From Schmidtea nova (taxonomy: Eukaryota), in NCBI GenBank assembly GCA_044892505.1, contig CM097883.1, forward strand, positions 55,366,001-55,430,000: a stretch of DNA of 64,000 bases, given 5' to 3'. The notes under the pieces were generated by a model that worked only from the letters and a program-made list of their open reading frames with translations, ran no database searches and had not been told where the DNA came from. Every line of letters starts with the position of its first letter. The stretch's first letter is position 1. This document shows positions 46,299 to 60,596 of the stretch, piece by piece. The translations under genes were made by a program, and so were the position numbers.

Positions 46299-49200
46299 TG
46301 CCAAACACGCTTGCACTCAAGAGACTCATGGATTTGAGACCCCTCTTGCTTGCACGCCTGCTGCCAAATAAAAATTTCGATACACTTCAATAAACATTAT
46401 TTCTAAGATAAATATTGAATATTGAAAAATGTATACCGTATTGTGTTAGTAAAATCTTTGAAATTTAATATTTTCTATAATAATCATTACCACTAGAACA
46501 ACCGTGGAAATGCTATACCCAAAACTACTGACTAGTCAGATAGATAGATGATTGATTTTTTCGTCAGTTTATAGTTAATTTAAAAATTTTGACGATAACG
46601 TTGATAACTAAATCATCATTTTTCCTTTTTGATATACTTTATTAAATAGAAATAATACATATAAATGAATTAATCAGCCAAAATGATTAGCCTTGTAGTT
46701 CTAGTATTAATTCATGTATCGTTTTTGTTACATATTGGTAAGTCTATTGTTCAAACATTAATAAAACTAGTTTATAAACGAAATTGTGATTTACAATGAA
46801 GATTTATTTAGAAACCCTTAAAAAAGAGAGTGCGGAAAATTTGTGTTGAATAGAAGTGAAGAAGATTTTGATTTATTGTCTGAAAAAAATGAAATTGTGT
46901 AACAGATGAAAGGTGAAGTAGAATAAAAATTTTTAACAATGTGTAAATGTGAAAGAACTTTAGTAGAAAAATGTTTTAATGAATCAATCGAGCTTGGACG
47001 AGAAATTTCGTTCTCCTTTATATTTCTTAGATGTCATGAAGAATTTCTCCGACAATCGATTTTCGATGTCGTTAACAAGATATTTTAGCCGGAGATGACA
47101 TGGTCGAAAATAATAGTAATTTTAATGTATTCTGCAGAGATTTCAAAGGCTTCAGGAAATAATGACGAAAATATCTACAATCGATAAGTGAAATTATTAT
47201 GACAAGAATGAAACAACCAGACGCTGTGATGAATTTATTGAACTATATTGACTAAAACAAAGATCAATTTTTCGATCTGAAGTTGGGAATCAATTCTTAT
47301 TACAGTGGATTTCGGTTAATTGGGACACCGTATAATTAGGACAACTGTCTTATTGGGACATTTTCTTAAGTCCCGAAACAAATATGCAGTATACATTCTA
47401 ATTTTATTATTTTGTATATTTGGGACACCTGTATATTTGGGACAAATTTTCCTGTCCCGTTGTGTCCCAATTAACCGGAATCCACTGTATTATGTTTTTA
47501 AATTTTTAAAATAAACGTATTAAATTAAATTTTATGTTATTTCTATTTATTATTACATTAATAATAAATAAATAATTCTAAATAAAATATATTTAAACAC
47601 CAAATAATTACAATAATAATCATTCAGGAATTTCAATGGCTTTAGTTAATTTCTAAAGTGGAGAAATGTTACTATGGGTATCATATTTTCCTTGAAGCAT
47701 AATATCGATGTACCATTGTGTATCGTCCTTGAATTAAATGACATATAATCCACTATAAAATTTAGAACCTTTATCATTTAAGCATATATACTCCTTGAAT
47801 TTTGAATACTTATTGATTTGAAGGAGGAGTTTGTTCGTTGCAGCAGAATCTTCATTTGATAATGCACTTATAATTGTAAAAATATTAAAAATCGAATGGT
47901 TTTCCAAGAAAAATAATCGATATCCATAAAATTATTTACAGATTTTAAAGTTACTTGTCTCTTCATTTTCTTAAGTTGTATTTAAAAAAATGAATTACAG
48001 AGTTATTTCTATTTATATTAGGTGACTCATTAATTCAACCAAACATGAATTAACATTGCATCCATTTTATACAACCAATAAGAAAGATGCATTTCAATTA
48101 CATTCATACTGTATGCTACTAAACTTTAATGTGATTTCAGTTTAGAACAATAACAAAACGAAACTTTATTTATTAAATAATATTTACACCACTAAATCTA
48201 TTTAAAACTAATAACTAAAAATCTTAAACTAAATATTCATTTTTTTAAAAATAATATTTCTAAAACTAAATGTTATTACAACTAAATTTATTTAAATTCT
48301 TATAAAAGTTTTAATAATTATTCTTACTAATTTCTATTTAATACATAAAAAAAACAATAAAAACATTTACTTATTTATTACATAAACTTTCTTTAATTCG
48401 TCCAGAATGATTTATAATACACTTCTATAGCATTTCCCACTGCAAGTGTAAGGACATATATTGTTATTGCTGGTCTTCATTAATTCAGGTTGACCCAACC
48501 ATTTATTAAAAAACTGAAAAAAGATTCGTTCATTCAGATCGGGAAACAGTTCGACTAGTTTCTTTAAGGCAATACNNNNNNNNNNNNNNNNNNNNNNNNN
48601 NNNNNNNNNNNNNNNNNNNNNNNNNNNNNNNNNNNNNNNNNNNNNNNNNNNNNNNNNNNNNNNNNNNNNNNNNNNNNNNNNNNNNNNNNNNNNNNNNNNN
48701 NNNNNNNNNNNNNNNNNNTATATATTCTACACGATATATTCCGATAACTTCATTCTCATCACTAGTTGCTATTCATTCTACCATTCCAACATAAATCAAA
48801 TAAACTGATTTTCAAACAAATTAATCATAATACTTTTAAAAAATGTATATTATAATTCTATAAAATAGCTAACACATTTAAAACGGTAAAATTATTTGTT
48901 TAATTTAAATAAATTAATCTTAAAAAATTATATTCCCTTTTTCTAAATATACATTTTTTAAGAATAAATTAACTATTAAATAAAAGTGGCAATTTATTCA
49001 AACAAATAAAAGAACACCATTTTTAAAATATATTATTGCAATATATTTCAACAGCTCAGCTGTCATCAAAAGACTTTAGACAATTTCAATAAAATAAAAA
49101 CTGATGTTATTTATACGCTTATTAGTGATTACTTAATCATATGTGCACAATCCAATAAAACGTTTATTAACCGTAGGAAAATTAATTAAAAACTCTTAAA

Positions 49201-52200
49201 ATGCATGTAGATATTGGATTTTGTATGTTAATTTTAGGATTAAATGATTTTATCATCAAAGCCTCACAATTCACAAGTTCATAATAATTTTTAAAACCCC
49301 TAGAAAGTATTTTGAAATTGGAAATATCAATGCTTTTCCTGCAAGTCTTACTTTGCTCAATAATGTTACTCTTTCCGCTTTTTCTAGTATGCTCTTGAAC
49401 TCGTGTACGGAGATTACGGACAGTCTCTCCAATGTATGTGGCATTTCACCCATTACAAGTAAAACGATATATGAGATCGGAACACAGACTAAATGGCGTC
49501 ACAGATTTATTACTGAACATGTTCCGAACTTTGCAAGACTTAGAAATTATTTTAACATTAGTATTTCTAATATTTTTTATAATAAATTTTCTAAAATTTG
49601 CAAAACCCTCAGAAAACGGAAAAACTTTAACTGGACCAATGCTATCATTCAAATTGGATTGTACACATGTGAATATGTAATCACTAATAAGCATATAAAT
49701 AAGATCAGTTTTATTTTATTGAAATTGTGTAAAGCCTGATGATGACAGCTGAGCTGTTGAAATATATTGCAATAATATATTTAAAAAAATGGTGTTCTTT
49801 GATTTATTTTTTAAAAATATTTTATAAATATTCCTATATTGATAAACAACAGTATGACTGAAAACGAAGTTCATAATCATCAATTGAAAATGATCTAACA
49901 CTCGAGTACAGAAAAGACGGCCAGTCTTCTCCGAAGTATGTGGCATTTCACCCATGACATTTGAAAAATTAAACGAGTATAGGATAAAGATCAAAAGAAA
50001 TAAATAATAATCGTCAACAATCACATCAGTTAATTTACTTAAATCGCAAAAATTGAAGTAAACAGACACACTCAAAATTCTCACACTCTCTTATTCATAA
50101 ACATCAATATGATTACTTGACTCCCATTAATTGACTATGCTCTGAAACTCGAATACAGAGAAGACGGGCAGTCTTCAACAAGGTATCTGGCATTTCACCT
50201 AAGACGTTTGAAAAATAAACGAGAACAATACAAAGAGCAATATGGAAATTTTCGAATCGCCAACAATCACACCAATTAATTCATAAACAATAGAATAAGA
50301 GAAATAATCAGCACGAATGTCAGCCTCTACATTAAATCGAAATACTGATTTGACAATATAAAACCTTATACATTTAGAACTATAAGAATTATCTATCATT
50401 CTACACATAAGCAATCTAATCAGAGGCAATACATAGACTTAAAATGTTTTATAAGAAAAAGCGATTTACTTGAAAAATCGTTCACATTTAATATTTATTA
50501 ATGAGATACTTGGATATTTTGTTTTGAGCATAGGAGCTCAAAATGTGGCTTGTTGCTTGATAGGTTCACTCTCAATTCGCTGTCAATCATCTTTAATCTT
50601 TCACGTTTTTTTATTAGATTTGAATATAATTTCTAACTACCATTTTGAAGAAAGAAAACCAAGTTATAGATTTATTTTTCAATACAACTCGAAGGTACTA
50701 AAACCTTAGTAATTTTAAATGTTTGCAGATTTTTTACGCGGCACACATCTTTTCTAAATTGCGCCTTCAAATAACATCTGTTACAATATTCATGAATTTT
50801 TTAGCTTATAAATAGTATATTGTTTAGAAATCAGAAGAAACGATCTCTTACAGAAAAATACGACATTTATTATTGGTCAACTCAATATTATTAATTCAAA
50901 TTGGGAACTTGGGATTGTAAATATAGATAATTCTATATAAGGTTATTATAACCTCAAAGAATGAATAAAATTATTTCATTGGTAACGTTTTCAATTTACT
51001 GGAAACATTATAAGAAATCTTTTTCTTCCAATTCAAACACAAATATCCTAAACTGTCTTTTTAAAATAAATACTTTGAACTATTATTTGAAAAAAAAATA
51101 AAAAATAAAATTTTAATGAATTTTTGACAGTGCTGAACATGTGTGAATACCCGAAAAAAATTATTAATATTTTCATCCATTGAAACAGTGAAAAGACCTA
51201 AAATGTAACGTAATCGAAATACGAAATTCAGAATTAATAATTTTTTTAAAAAAATTATGTACACTTTAAACTATAATTGATATTTGATCTTGCCTCCCAC
51301 GTTGATTATCATTTAATTTGACCAATTACACTTTTTCTTTTAAGTGTTGACTTATCGGATATAGAGTGAACATATACATATTTGTTTTCAATGAGCGTCT
51401 TTTCATGTTCTTTATATCCCATACAATTAAATATAAATCAAATAAATTGATTTTCCAAACAAATTAATAATAATTTTTAAAATAAAATGCATATTATAAA
51501 TTTTATAAAATAGTCAAAAAATTTAAAACGATAAAAAAATTTTTAATTTAAATATATTAATCTTAAAAATATAATATTCTTTTTTTATAAAAAATATTTT
51601 TTTAAGAATATATTATAAATATTCTCATATTTATAAACAACAGAATGATTGAAAACAAAATCCATAATCCCCAATTGTAAATACTCTAATACTCGAGTAT
51701 AGATAAGACAGTCAGTCCTGTCCAAAGTATGTGGCATTTCGCCCATGACATTTGAGGATTATGGATTTTGCTTTCAATCATTCTGCTGTTTATAAATATG
51801 AAAATATTTATAATATATTCTTAAAAAATATTTTTTTTATAAAAAAAGAATATTATATTTTTAAGATCAATTTATTTAAATTAAAAATTTTTTTATCATT
51901 TTAAATTTTTTGACTATTTTATAAAATTTATAAAATAAAAATTATTATTAATTTGTTTGGAAAATCAATTTATTTGATTTATATTTAAACGGAAGATTGA
52001 GTAGCACCTGATGAAGAAAATTAAGTTCTCGAAATATATTGTGCAGAATATATATTTGGATTGGCGTTTGTTTTTAATTATTTTAGTGTCATGTTNNNNN
52101 NNNNNNNNNNNNNNNNNNNNNNNNNNNNNNNNNNNNNNNNNNNNNNNNNNNNNNNNNNNNNNNNNNNNNNNNNNNNNNNNNNNNNNNNNNNNNNNNNNNN

Positions 52201-55200
52201 NNNNNNNNNNNNNNNNNNNNNNNNNNNNNNNNNNNNNNNNNNNNNNNNNNNNNNNNNNNNNNNNNNNNNNNNNNNNNNNNNNNNNNNNNNNNNNNNNNNN
52301 NNNNNNNNNNNNNNNNNNNNNNNNNNNNNNNNNNNNNNNNNNNNNNNNNNNNNNNNNNNNNNNNNNNNNNNNNNNNNNNNNNNNNNNNNNNNNNNNNNNN
52401 NNNNNNNNNNNNNNNNNNNNNNNNNNNNNNNNNNNNNNNNNNNNNNNNNNNNNNNNNNNNNNNNNNNNNNNNNNNNNNNNNNNNNNNNNNNNNNNNNNNN
52501 NNNNNNNNNNNNNNNNNNNNNNNNNNNNNNCAAAAATAAAATTACTAAAAACTTTCTTTATTCTAAAATTTTTCTTTTTCTTATTCTTAATCTTCTCAAT
52601 CTTATTATTTTTATTTATTCTTATTTTTAATTATTATTAAGTTTTATTACAATTCTAGATTTCTTCATTTGACTTTGAGCTTTCCTATAGTAAATTCCAA
52701 ATTATATGTTGTTTCAGTAAGTTTATTTACTTATAAATCGTTACCATGCATCATTCATATGATATTTATTTAAACAAAAACATCTTTAACGAAATAAAGT
52801 ATTAACTGTAGTTTGTTTAATCTGTAATTCAGTTTTTTTAAAACATTGCGCCGAATAAGTGTCCAGCACATCGTATAAACCTTATTGTATCGAATGTAAA
52901 TAAGTCACCATGGACTGCATTGGAGGCATCGGGTACTAAATAGTCCGGACCAGTCTACATATATATTTATTATATTTCAACACTGAATAATTTTTTTGAA
53001 ATATAAATTGAAAATCTTCAATATTTTGTTTGAACATATTTCCATGTTAGTGTGAGAGAAATGTCAATCAAGATCTTTCGTAACGACTGACATCACCGAC
53101 ATACCTTTAAAGTAGTAGGATGTGTCCCCATCATATATAGGTCAACCCCTATCCTAAAAAAAATAGGTTACGAAACATTTTTACGTAGACCAAGTTTTAT
53201 GCTTAAGGTCATTTTAAAGTCGGAAAAGCAGGTCAAGGTCGAGTTTAGGTCATTTTAAAGTCAAATTAAGTAGGTCACATATGGTGCTATTGATGATGAT
53301 GATCCAAATGATTTATTTATTTGACCAAATTATGAAACGAAATCAGATTATACTCAAAAAAGGTTATTTTCATATAAAAATCTTTATCTTTTTTATTATA
53401 TTCGTAAAAAAGTTATATGATTTTGTTCTGTGTGAATTTTTAAGTTATTTAACCAGTGTAATTTTTAATTTTTTTTGAAAGTTTTTGACATGTGAGAATT
53501 TTAGATTATATTTTAAATAAATATTGAGTATTTCTATTTTTATATAGTAACCAATGGTAAATTTTAACACGATTTTTAAACATGTAAATGAATTTTGACT
53601 TAAAGCTTTTCAAGTTTTTATTATTATTTTTGACTTAGTTTTTAAGTTATTATTTTTATTATTATGATTTTGACTTATAAAAGATATTAGAGTTGAAATT
53701 AAAACAAAATTAATTTACTTTTGGTACTTGGTAGCTTAGTTTTCAAAAATATATGACTTACTTAAACTTAAGTTCATCTATATATTTGTTATATGATCTA
53801 TATAAATTTTAGATGTACATTATCTACATAATTTTGCCTTAAATAAAGCTATATTTTTTTATCTATGACCTACTTAATTTGACCTTTAATTCACCCTAAA
53901 TCAACATTTACCTACTTTTTTGACCTTAAATTGACTTAAATATTAAGAGGATACGTTCTAATACTTTTTATGTGTAGATTTGATCAGCTAGGAATTTTAT
54001 TGATCTAGTAAAGTATTTGGGTAAATATTTAGTTATTGACTAAAAACATGATTGCAAAATCTTATGCAATTTATTACAATTTTGTTAATTTTGAGCATTA
54101 CTTTTAAAAGACTTTGAAAACCATTAAAGGTACTCGCATCAAACTTCGTGACTTAGAAGGTAATCAAACAATATCTTGTCGTTCTTTCCAAAGTGAATTT
54201 TATTAGGTTGTCCGGAATGAAATGTCCGCTAAATGGATTATAATTCAAAAGACGTACAAATATATTTAAACAATTATTATTTAATCAAAATATGATCCAT
54301 CAACATTAATTCACTCTTGCCATCGTTGCAGGAGCTTTTCTATACCTTATTTATAAAAAGTCTCATGTCTGAAGTCCAAGAAAGTGATAACGGTAGATTT
54401 TATTTCTTCCAAATCTTTGAACTTCCTGCGCTTGATATAAAGACTTAAATGTCCACATAGGTGGAAATCAGTTGGTGATAGATCGGGTGAGTAAGCTGGA
54501 TGCTGTAAAACTTCAAATCATAAATAGTGTAATTTGTTTACGTTGAATTTTGATACGTGAGACCTGGCGTTATCATGCAGGATAATTGGGCCTTTTCTTT
54601 TAACAATTACAGGGTGACTAATGGTGAGCTTTTACACAGTATCTTTCAGAATTGATTGTTGTACCCATTTTCAGAAAACAATAATGTATTACACCATACT
54701 TAGGCCACCAGAATTATTGGAATCGGCCGGTTCATGCGAATCGGTGTTAAAATATGCTATTAATGACAACAGGTGAATAAAATTTGTGGTTATCCTTACC
54801 TATTGGATTTTACAACTATTATCTAATAGCAAAAATATATTTTTTTCTATTAATGAAAAAATAAATATTTTATCTGTTTATATCTATAATAATAATTACA
54901 TAAGCTTCAATTTTTTATTGTATTTTTATCTACCATGCTAATGAAAAACTGACACGCACTTGCGAATAAAAAATACAACATAATTAGTTTGCATCCAAAA
55001 CATTAATTCTGCATATGCATTGGATATACAATAGATGTCCCAATATGGAAAATATGCAAGAGGAATAACAGAATAACAGAATAAGAGGAATAACAGTCAG
55101 AGGAATCAGAGGGAAATAATAACAGAACTAAAAATGTGAGTTAATGTGAGTTTTGTCTTAGTTAGCTGATCTCATAGGGACATTAATTCCATGTGTTATT

Positions 55201-58200
55201 TAAGATAGAAAATTATAGCCATACATACTCCAACAGTTCTACCGTACAAATCGAAGGATTATTTAAAAAACCCTTGATTTCATGTGAAGTCCTGATAGTG
55301 AAGAATATCATGTAATATTTAATATCTGTTTTTATCTAACGAAAAAAAGATCGTTCAACAACAGACAAGTCGAAAAAAACAAAAATCTACCAACTGTTGC
55401 TATAGGAAACGGTTTTATTCATAGAAAGTAATCATTTGGCATCATTGAGATCACTAATCAATATGAAATGCGTTGATCAAATTTTATGAACCAATTTCAA
55501 TAGATAAGTCATATTGTAATAATGGAATTTCAATGTTAAATTAAAAAAAAAATTATATGAACTTTGTGTTATTTAATGGAATGATGTTTCTGTATTTGCA
55601 ATTATTAAGTGTTTTATTATCGATTTTGTTTTAATTTTCTCCAAAAACTTGTTTCTATTGGAATGTTTCATTATTTTAATAAAATGCTCTTTTTTATGAA
55701 TCTATTTTCAAAATTCGATGGTAATTTGATGATTGAAAATTTTAATAAAACACAAAAACTTATAATGTTAGAAATTTAAAAAATATTAAAATTATTTGAA
55801 AGATTTTAAAAATAATTTAAAAAAAAATAAATTCAGAAATATTAATTAAACTGAAAAAACATATATTTTACAAAGCGAAGGAACAAGAAGTATATTTAAA
55901 ATTATTTTACTTAATTTTTATTTTATCAAATTAAATTTTTCTCTCAGATTTTTTAGATGATATAAAATTTTTAATTTGTTATATTTGTTTGAATTTGTTT
56001 ATATATATATATATAGTAGAAGGTTATATCAGATCTGTCTCAATACCCCATGTGTGTATGTTACACATATGATTATGAAATCGTTATATAATGCTCGGAT
56101 TTTAAAAAGCACACATTTTTATGTAACTATTACGTAACTTTTATCGGCTTTTATAGCACGTAAGATGTAACGTCATAATTACGCAATTAAGCTCAAGGTC
56201 ATGTTAGGGTCATTTTTTTGTTTTATTTTCAAATTTTTGCGCAATTTTTGAATTTTACCGCCGTTTTGAATTTTTGTTTAAATAAAATAAATATTTATAT
56301 TTTTGGTGCCATTTTTGAATTTTACCACCTTTTGTTTAAATAAAGTAATTATTTAAATTTTTGGCGCAATTAAAAAAAGTTTTATAATTAATATTATTTT
56401 ATTACTATTTTATTTTTAATTTAATATTTTATAAGTATTATTATTATTTTATTTAATATTATTTTTAGTAATATTTATTTTATTTAATATTATTTTTGTT
56501 AATATTTATTACTACTATTTTCCAGAGTATTACTAGTACAATTAATATCGTTTTTATTATTGTTATTATTATTTCTATGATGTAGCCATGTTTTCTAAGA
56601 ATTAGTAATTAAATTATAAAAACAGACTGAAACAAATCTGTATAATATCATACCAATAACTAAATAAATACAAAACAATAAAAACAAAATTTTTCAAAAA
56701 ATTGTATTTAAATAAAACTATTATCATATTTGTTCAAACATCACTGGTTTGAACAGAGTTCAAAGATCATTAGTTTGAACTATATTTAAAGATCATTAGT
56801 TTGAGCTATATTCAAAGATTTTTGGTTTGGTCTATCAGTATAAATAAAAATAACAAAGTTAACAAATTGCCATGGAGTAAGTTTTTTTGAATGTCAATCA
56901 AGCCATAATTATCAATACTCAATTATCTACTCTCGGTGGAGAACATTGGATCGAAGTATACGAGGATCACTAGTCAAATGTTCAAAACTACTTTTGCCCA
57001 ACATGTTTATTAAGCATAATCAATAATGATAGAAAGGCATCAAAATTCTATGTAACCGATGAAAGAAAAAAAATTAAATCATTATTTCCCGACATTAAGA
57101 AGTTTATCTAGAATTTCTCAGAAATATATCATGGCGATATTATGAACATCTTAACTGTGCCTATAAAAACTGTTTAATGAATGTATTAAATTTTTTTAAA
57201 TGATAATAAATGTATTTTGTGTGGATTTTTGTGTTTATTTTAAATATAATTTAATAATAATAATAATAATAAAAATTATATTACTAATAATTTAAATTGT
57301 GCTTTATTTTGTTTTATTTTTAAATTACACACACATTAAATATTGTACATACCTCGACTAATTAGAATCGAGGAAAGGTTAAAAAAATGATTGCGTAATC
57401 AACTGTATATAAACGATATGCAATTGATTTTCAGTCCTTTTTCAACGATCAACAAAATGAACAGTAGGTTTTATTTTTAGTTTAAATATTATTTAATTAT
57501 TTTTTAGATATTAATAATATACTTTTGAAACAAAATGTATGTCTATATGGAACAAAGCGGAAATAGTAATCTATTTTATTTATTTATTTTATTTATATTT
57601 ATATTTTAGATGTAGGCCATGATAAGAGATAACTTGTTTGACACTTTTAATTAAGACCCGAATCACCCTTTATACACCAGGAACTTTGAATCTGTCATTG
57701 GCAAGTTCAAATACGAGAATAAAGGGCTTAAGTACAAGGAGTGGGTGTTTCTTAGACCTAAATGTTATTGTCTTTTAGGTGATGACGAAACTAAAAAAGC
57801 TGAAATAAGTACTGACATAAGGCATCAGTCGTGCCTGGATTGTTTTAATAATAACCAAATATTTTCTGTTCCAACAACCAGAATTACAAGTAAAAATCAA
57901 CAACTATTCAAAATTAAAAATGAAAAGACTGCACTGACAAATGCAGATTATAGAAGAAAATGGGTAGCAAAAAATAAAATCTTGGCATATGGTCATTATA
58001 TGGGAGGTGAATTGGTTATATTTCAACCTATCGATCTAAGAATCAATGCAGTTCAACAATTTCATGATCCAACTGAAGATTCCCATGATAATAATTTTAT
58101 TTAAATACAATATTTTAAAAATTTTGTTTTTATTGTTTGTATTTATTTAGTTATTCGTGTGATATTTTAGAGGTTAGTTTCAGTCTGTTTTTATCATTTA

Positions 58201-58615
58201 ATTACTAATTCTTAGAAACTATGGCTACATCATAGAAATAATAATAGCAATAATAATAATAAAAATAATAATAATAAAAAATCATAATTATCTTTTTGTT
58301 TTACTTTTGATCTTTTTTTATTGTTAATATCAATAATTCCCATAATGGATGACTATAGATTAAAATTTCTTTAAATAAGTACACAATATTTCAGCACAGC
58401 CTTTATCAAGTGTGTACATACTTTATTTAAACATAACGGCTGTAAAATTAAAAAATTGCGCCAAATCTTAAAATTGTTACTTTATTTAAACAAAACGGCG
58501 TTAAAATTCAAAAATTGAGCCAACAATTTAAAATGAAAACCAAAAAATGACCTTAAAATGACCTTGGCATCTATTACATAAATATGATGCCATAACCTGT
58601 GTGTTATGGAAACGA

Positions 58616-58686
<71 letters not shown>

Positions 58687-60540
58687 CATAAAAATTACAT
58701 AAAAAAAGTCCGGACAAATTATATAATGATTACCTAACCATGTACATTATGTAAAGCCCTGTTAGATTATGTAATATATCCCCATGGGGTATTGAGGCAG
58801 ATAAATTTTAACCACTTAGCTGCGGTTCGCATGCATAGATGTCTCAAATTTATAGCTCGGTGATTATATTAGCAGCTAAAAAGTCAATTATTTAAATTGT
58901 AATGCAACTTCAGAAATTAATAATTGCGACTGGCAGGTACAAAAGACTACAAGTAACTTTAATAAGTAATTAAAACAATATACAATTTTAAAATAATTTT
59001 CAAAATAAATTTTTAAGATAAGAAAATTATTACCGAGATTATTTATTTCTTATATATCGCATTTATAATAGGGAAATAAACTATTAAATAAAAATGGCAA
59101 TTTATTCATATAAATAAAAGAACACCATTTTTTAAATAAACCATTTTTAAATGCAATATATTTCAACAGCTTAGCTGTCATCATCAGGCTTTCCACAATC
59201 TCAATAAAATAAAAATTGATCTTATTTATACGTTTTATAGTGATTACATAATCACATGTGCACAATCCAATAAAACTTTTATTTACCCTAGTAAAATTAA
59301 TTAAACACTCTTAAAATGCATGTAGATATTGCATTTCGTATGTTTATTTTAGGATTAAATGATTTTATTGGATTGTGCACATGTGATTATGTAATCACTA
59401 TTAAGCGTATAAATAAGGTCAATTTTTATTTTATTGACATCGTGGAAAGCCTGGTGATGACAGCTAAGCTGTTGAAATATATTGCATTAATATATTTAAA
59501 AAAATGGTGTTCTTTTATTTATATAATAGGGAAAATTGTGATTTTTAGATTGTTTATTGGTTCTAATATTTTTTTTATAATTTATGTAAATATTATTTTT
59601 TTCAAAAAGCAACTCAATTGATGTATATTTTAATTTATTTCCATATCAAAATTGATTTTTTGGGATAATAATTGTTTTATTTGTTTTTATTATTGGTTAA
59701 TTGTTGATTTTTGTTTGTTATTTATAATCGATGAACGAAACAACTATTTTTGTAAACATAACTTTATTATAGATTATTTATTGTTTATTTTAACCTATTT
59801 TAACTGTAAATGAATAAAATATAATATTTTTTGAATTAATAAATATTTTTATTTACCGTATATCAGATTTTTATTGTTTGTTTACTATTAACAAATACCA
59901 TGAACTATTTTAGAGAAATATTTTCAAAATTGGGATGAAATGCATTCACATTTTTTACTTTTCAAAGCTTTCTTAATAAAAACTTATAATGTTAAGAAAA
60001 TTTATAGCCATTCCCTGCAATCGCTTTCATCACATTATGAATAAATTGCAAGTCTTCTTCTATAAATTTATTAATATATTTAAAGATTGAAAAAATTATT
60101 TTTATATCGAGGTTATTATTTAACCCTTTCTTTTAACTTCCAATTTCTGTTTGTTTTCTTGTCAAACTTTGGATCGATTTTTAACCCACTTCCCGATATC
60201 CAATCAATCTGAAAATTTGCGAGCAGACTCGTGGTGGCCCACAAATTATTCCATTGAAAAATTGAAAATTTTGAACATTTACTGTTGCCAAGAAACTACC
60301 AAACAATGAAACAACAATAAAATTAACCGAGAACATGAGAAAAAGAAAGAGTTACATTAAAAACTTGTTTTTATGGGTTCCTTTTTTTCTGTTTACTTCT
60401 AATATATATCCTTCTATATCCTTGCGGTAGATCTCATATCACTTTTCCCTTTTTTAATAATCTCGATAGATCTAATTAAATTCTATTTTGTAATAAATGG
60501 TAAACAAATTATACAATTGAATTTCAAAATTTGATATATA

Positions 60541-60596
<56 letters not shown>

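Larger units (their letters stand above)
56015..58818. mobile_element. Old, internally deleted Polinton-like element with long degenerate TIRs
   Basis: Inverted ends ggtta....atctg(t/c)ctcaataccccatg. About 90% inverted match between 56560-56720 and 58090-58250. Encloses a pPolB 3' fragment. Confidence 0.65.

Noticed and set aside
2177-52640. ORFs running through N gaps (2177, 3591, 39601, 52011, 52061, 52078)
   Set aside because: Artefacts of translating N runs.
2540-60200. piggyBac ends (aaagggTTAA at ~2547 and 45673; TTAAccc at ~60120-60190)
   Set aside because: Single short motifs with no paired partner or transposase; expected by chance in AT-rich DNA.
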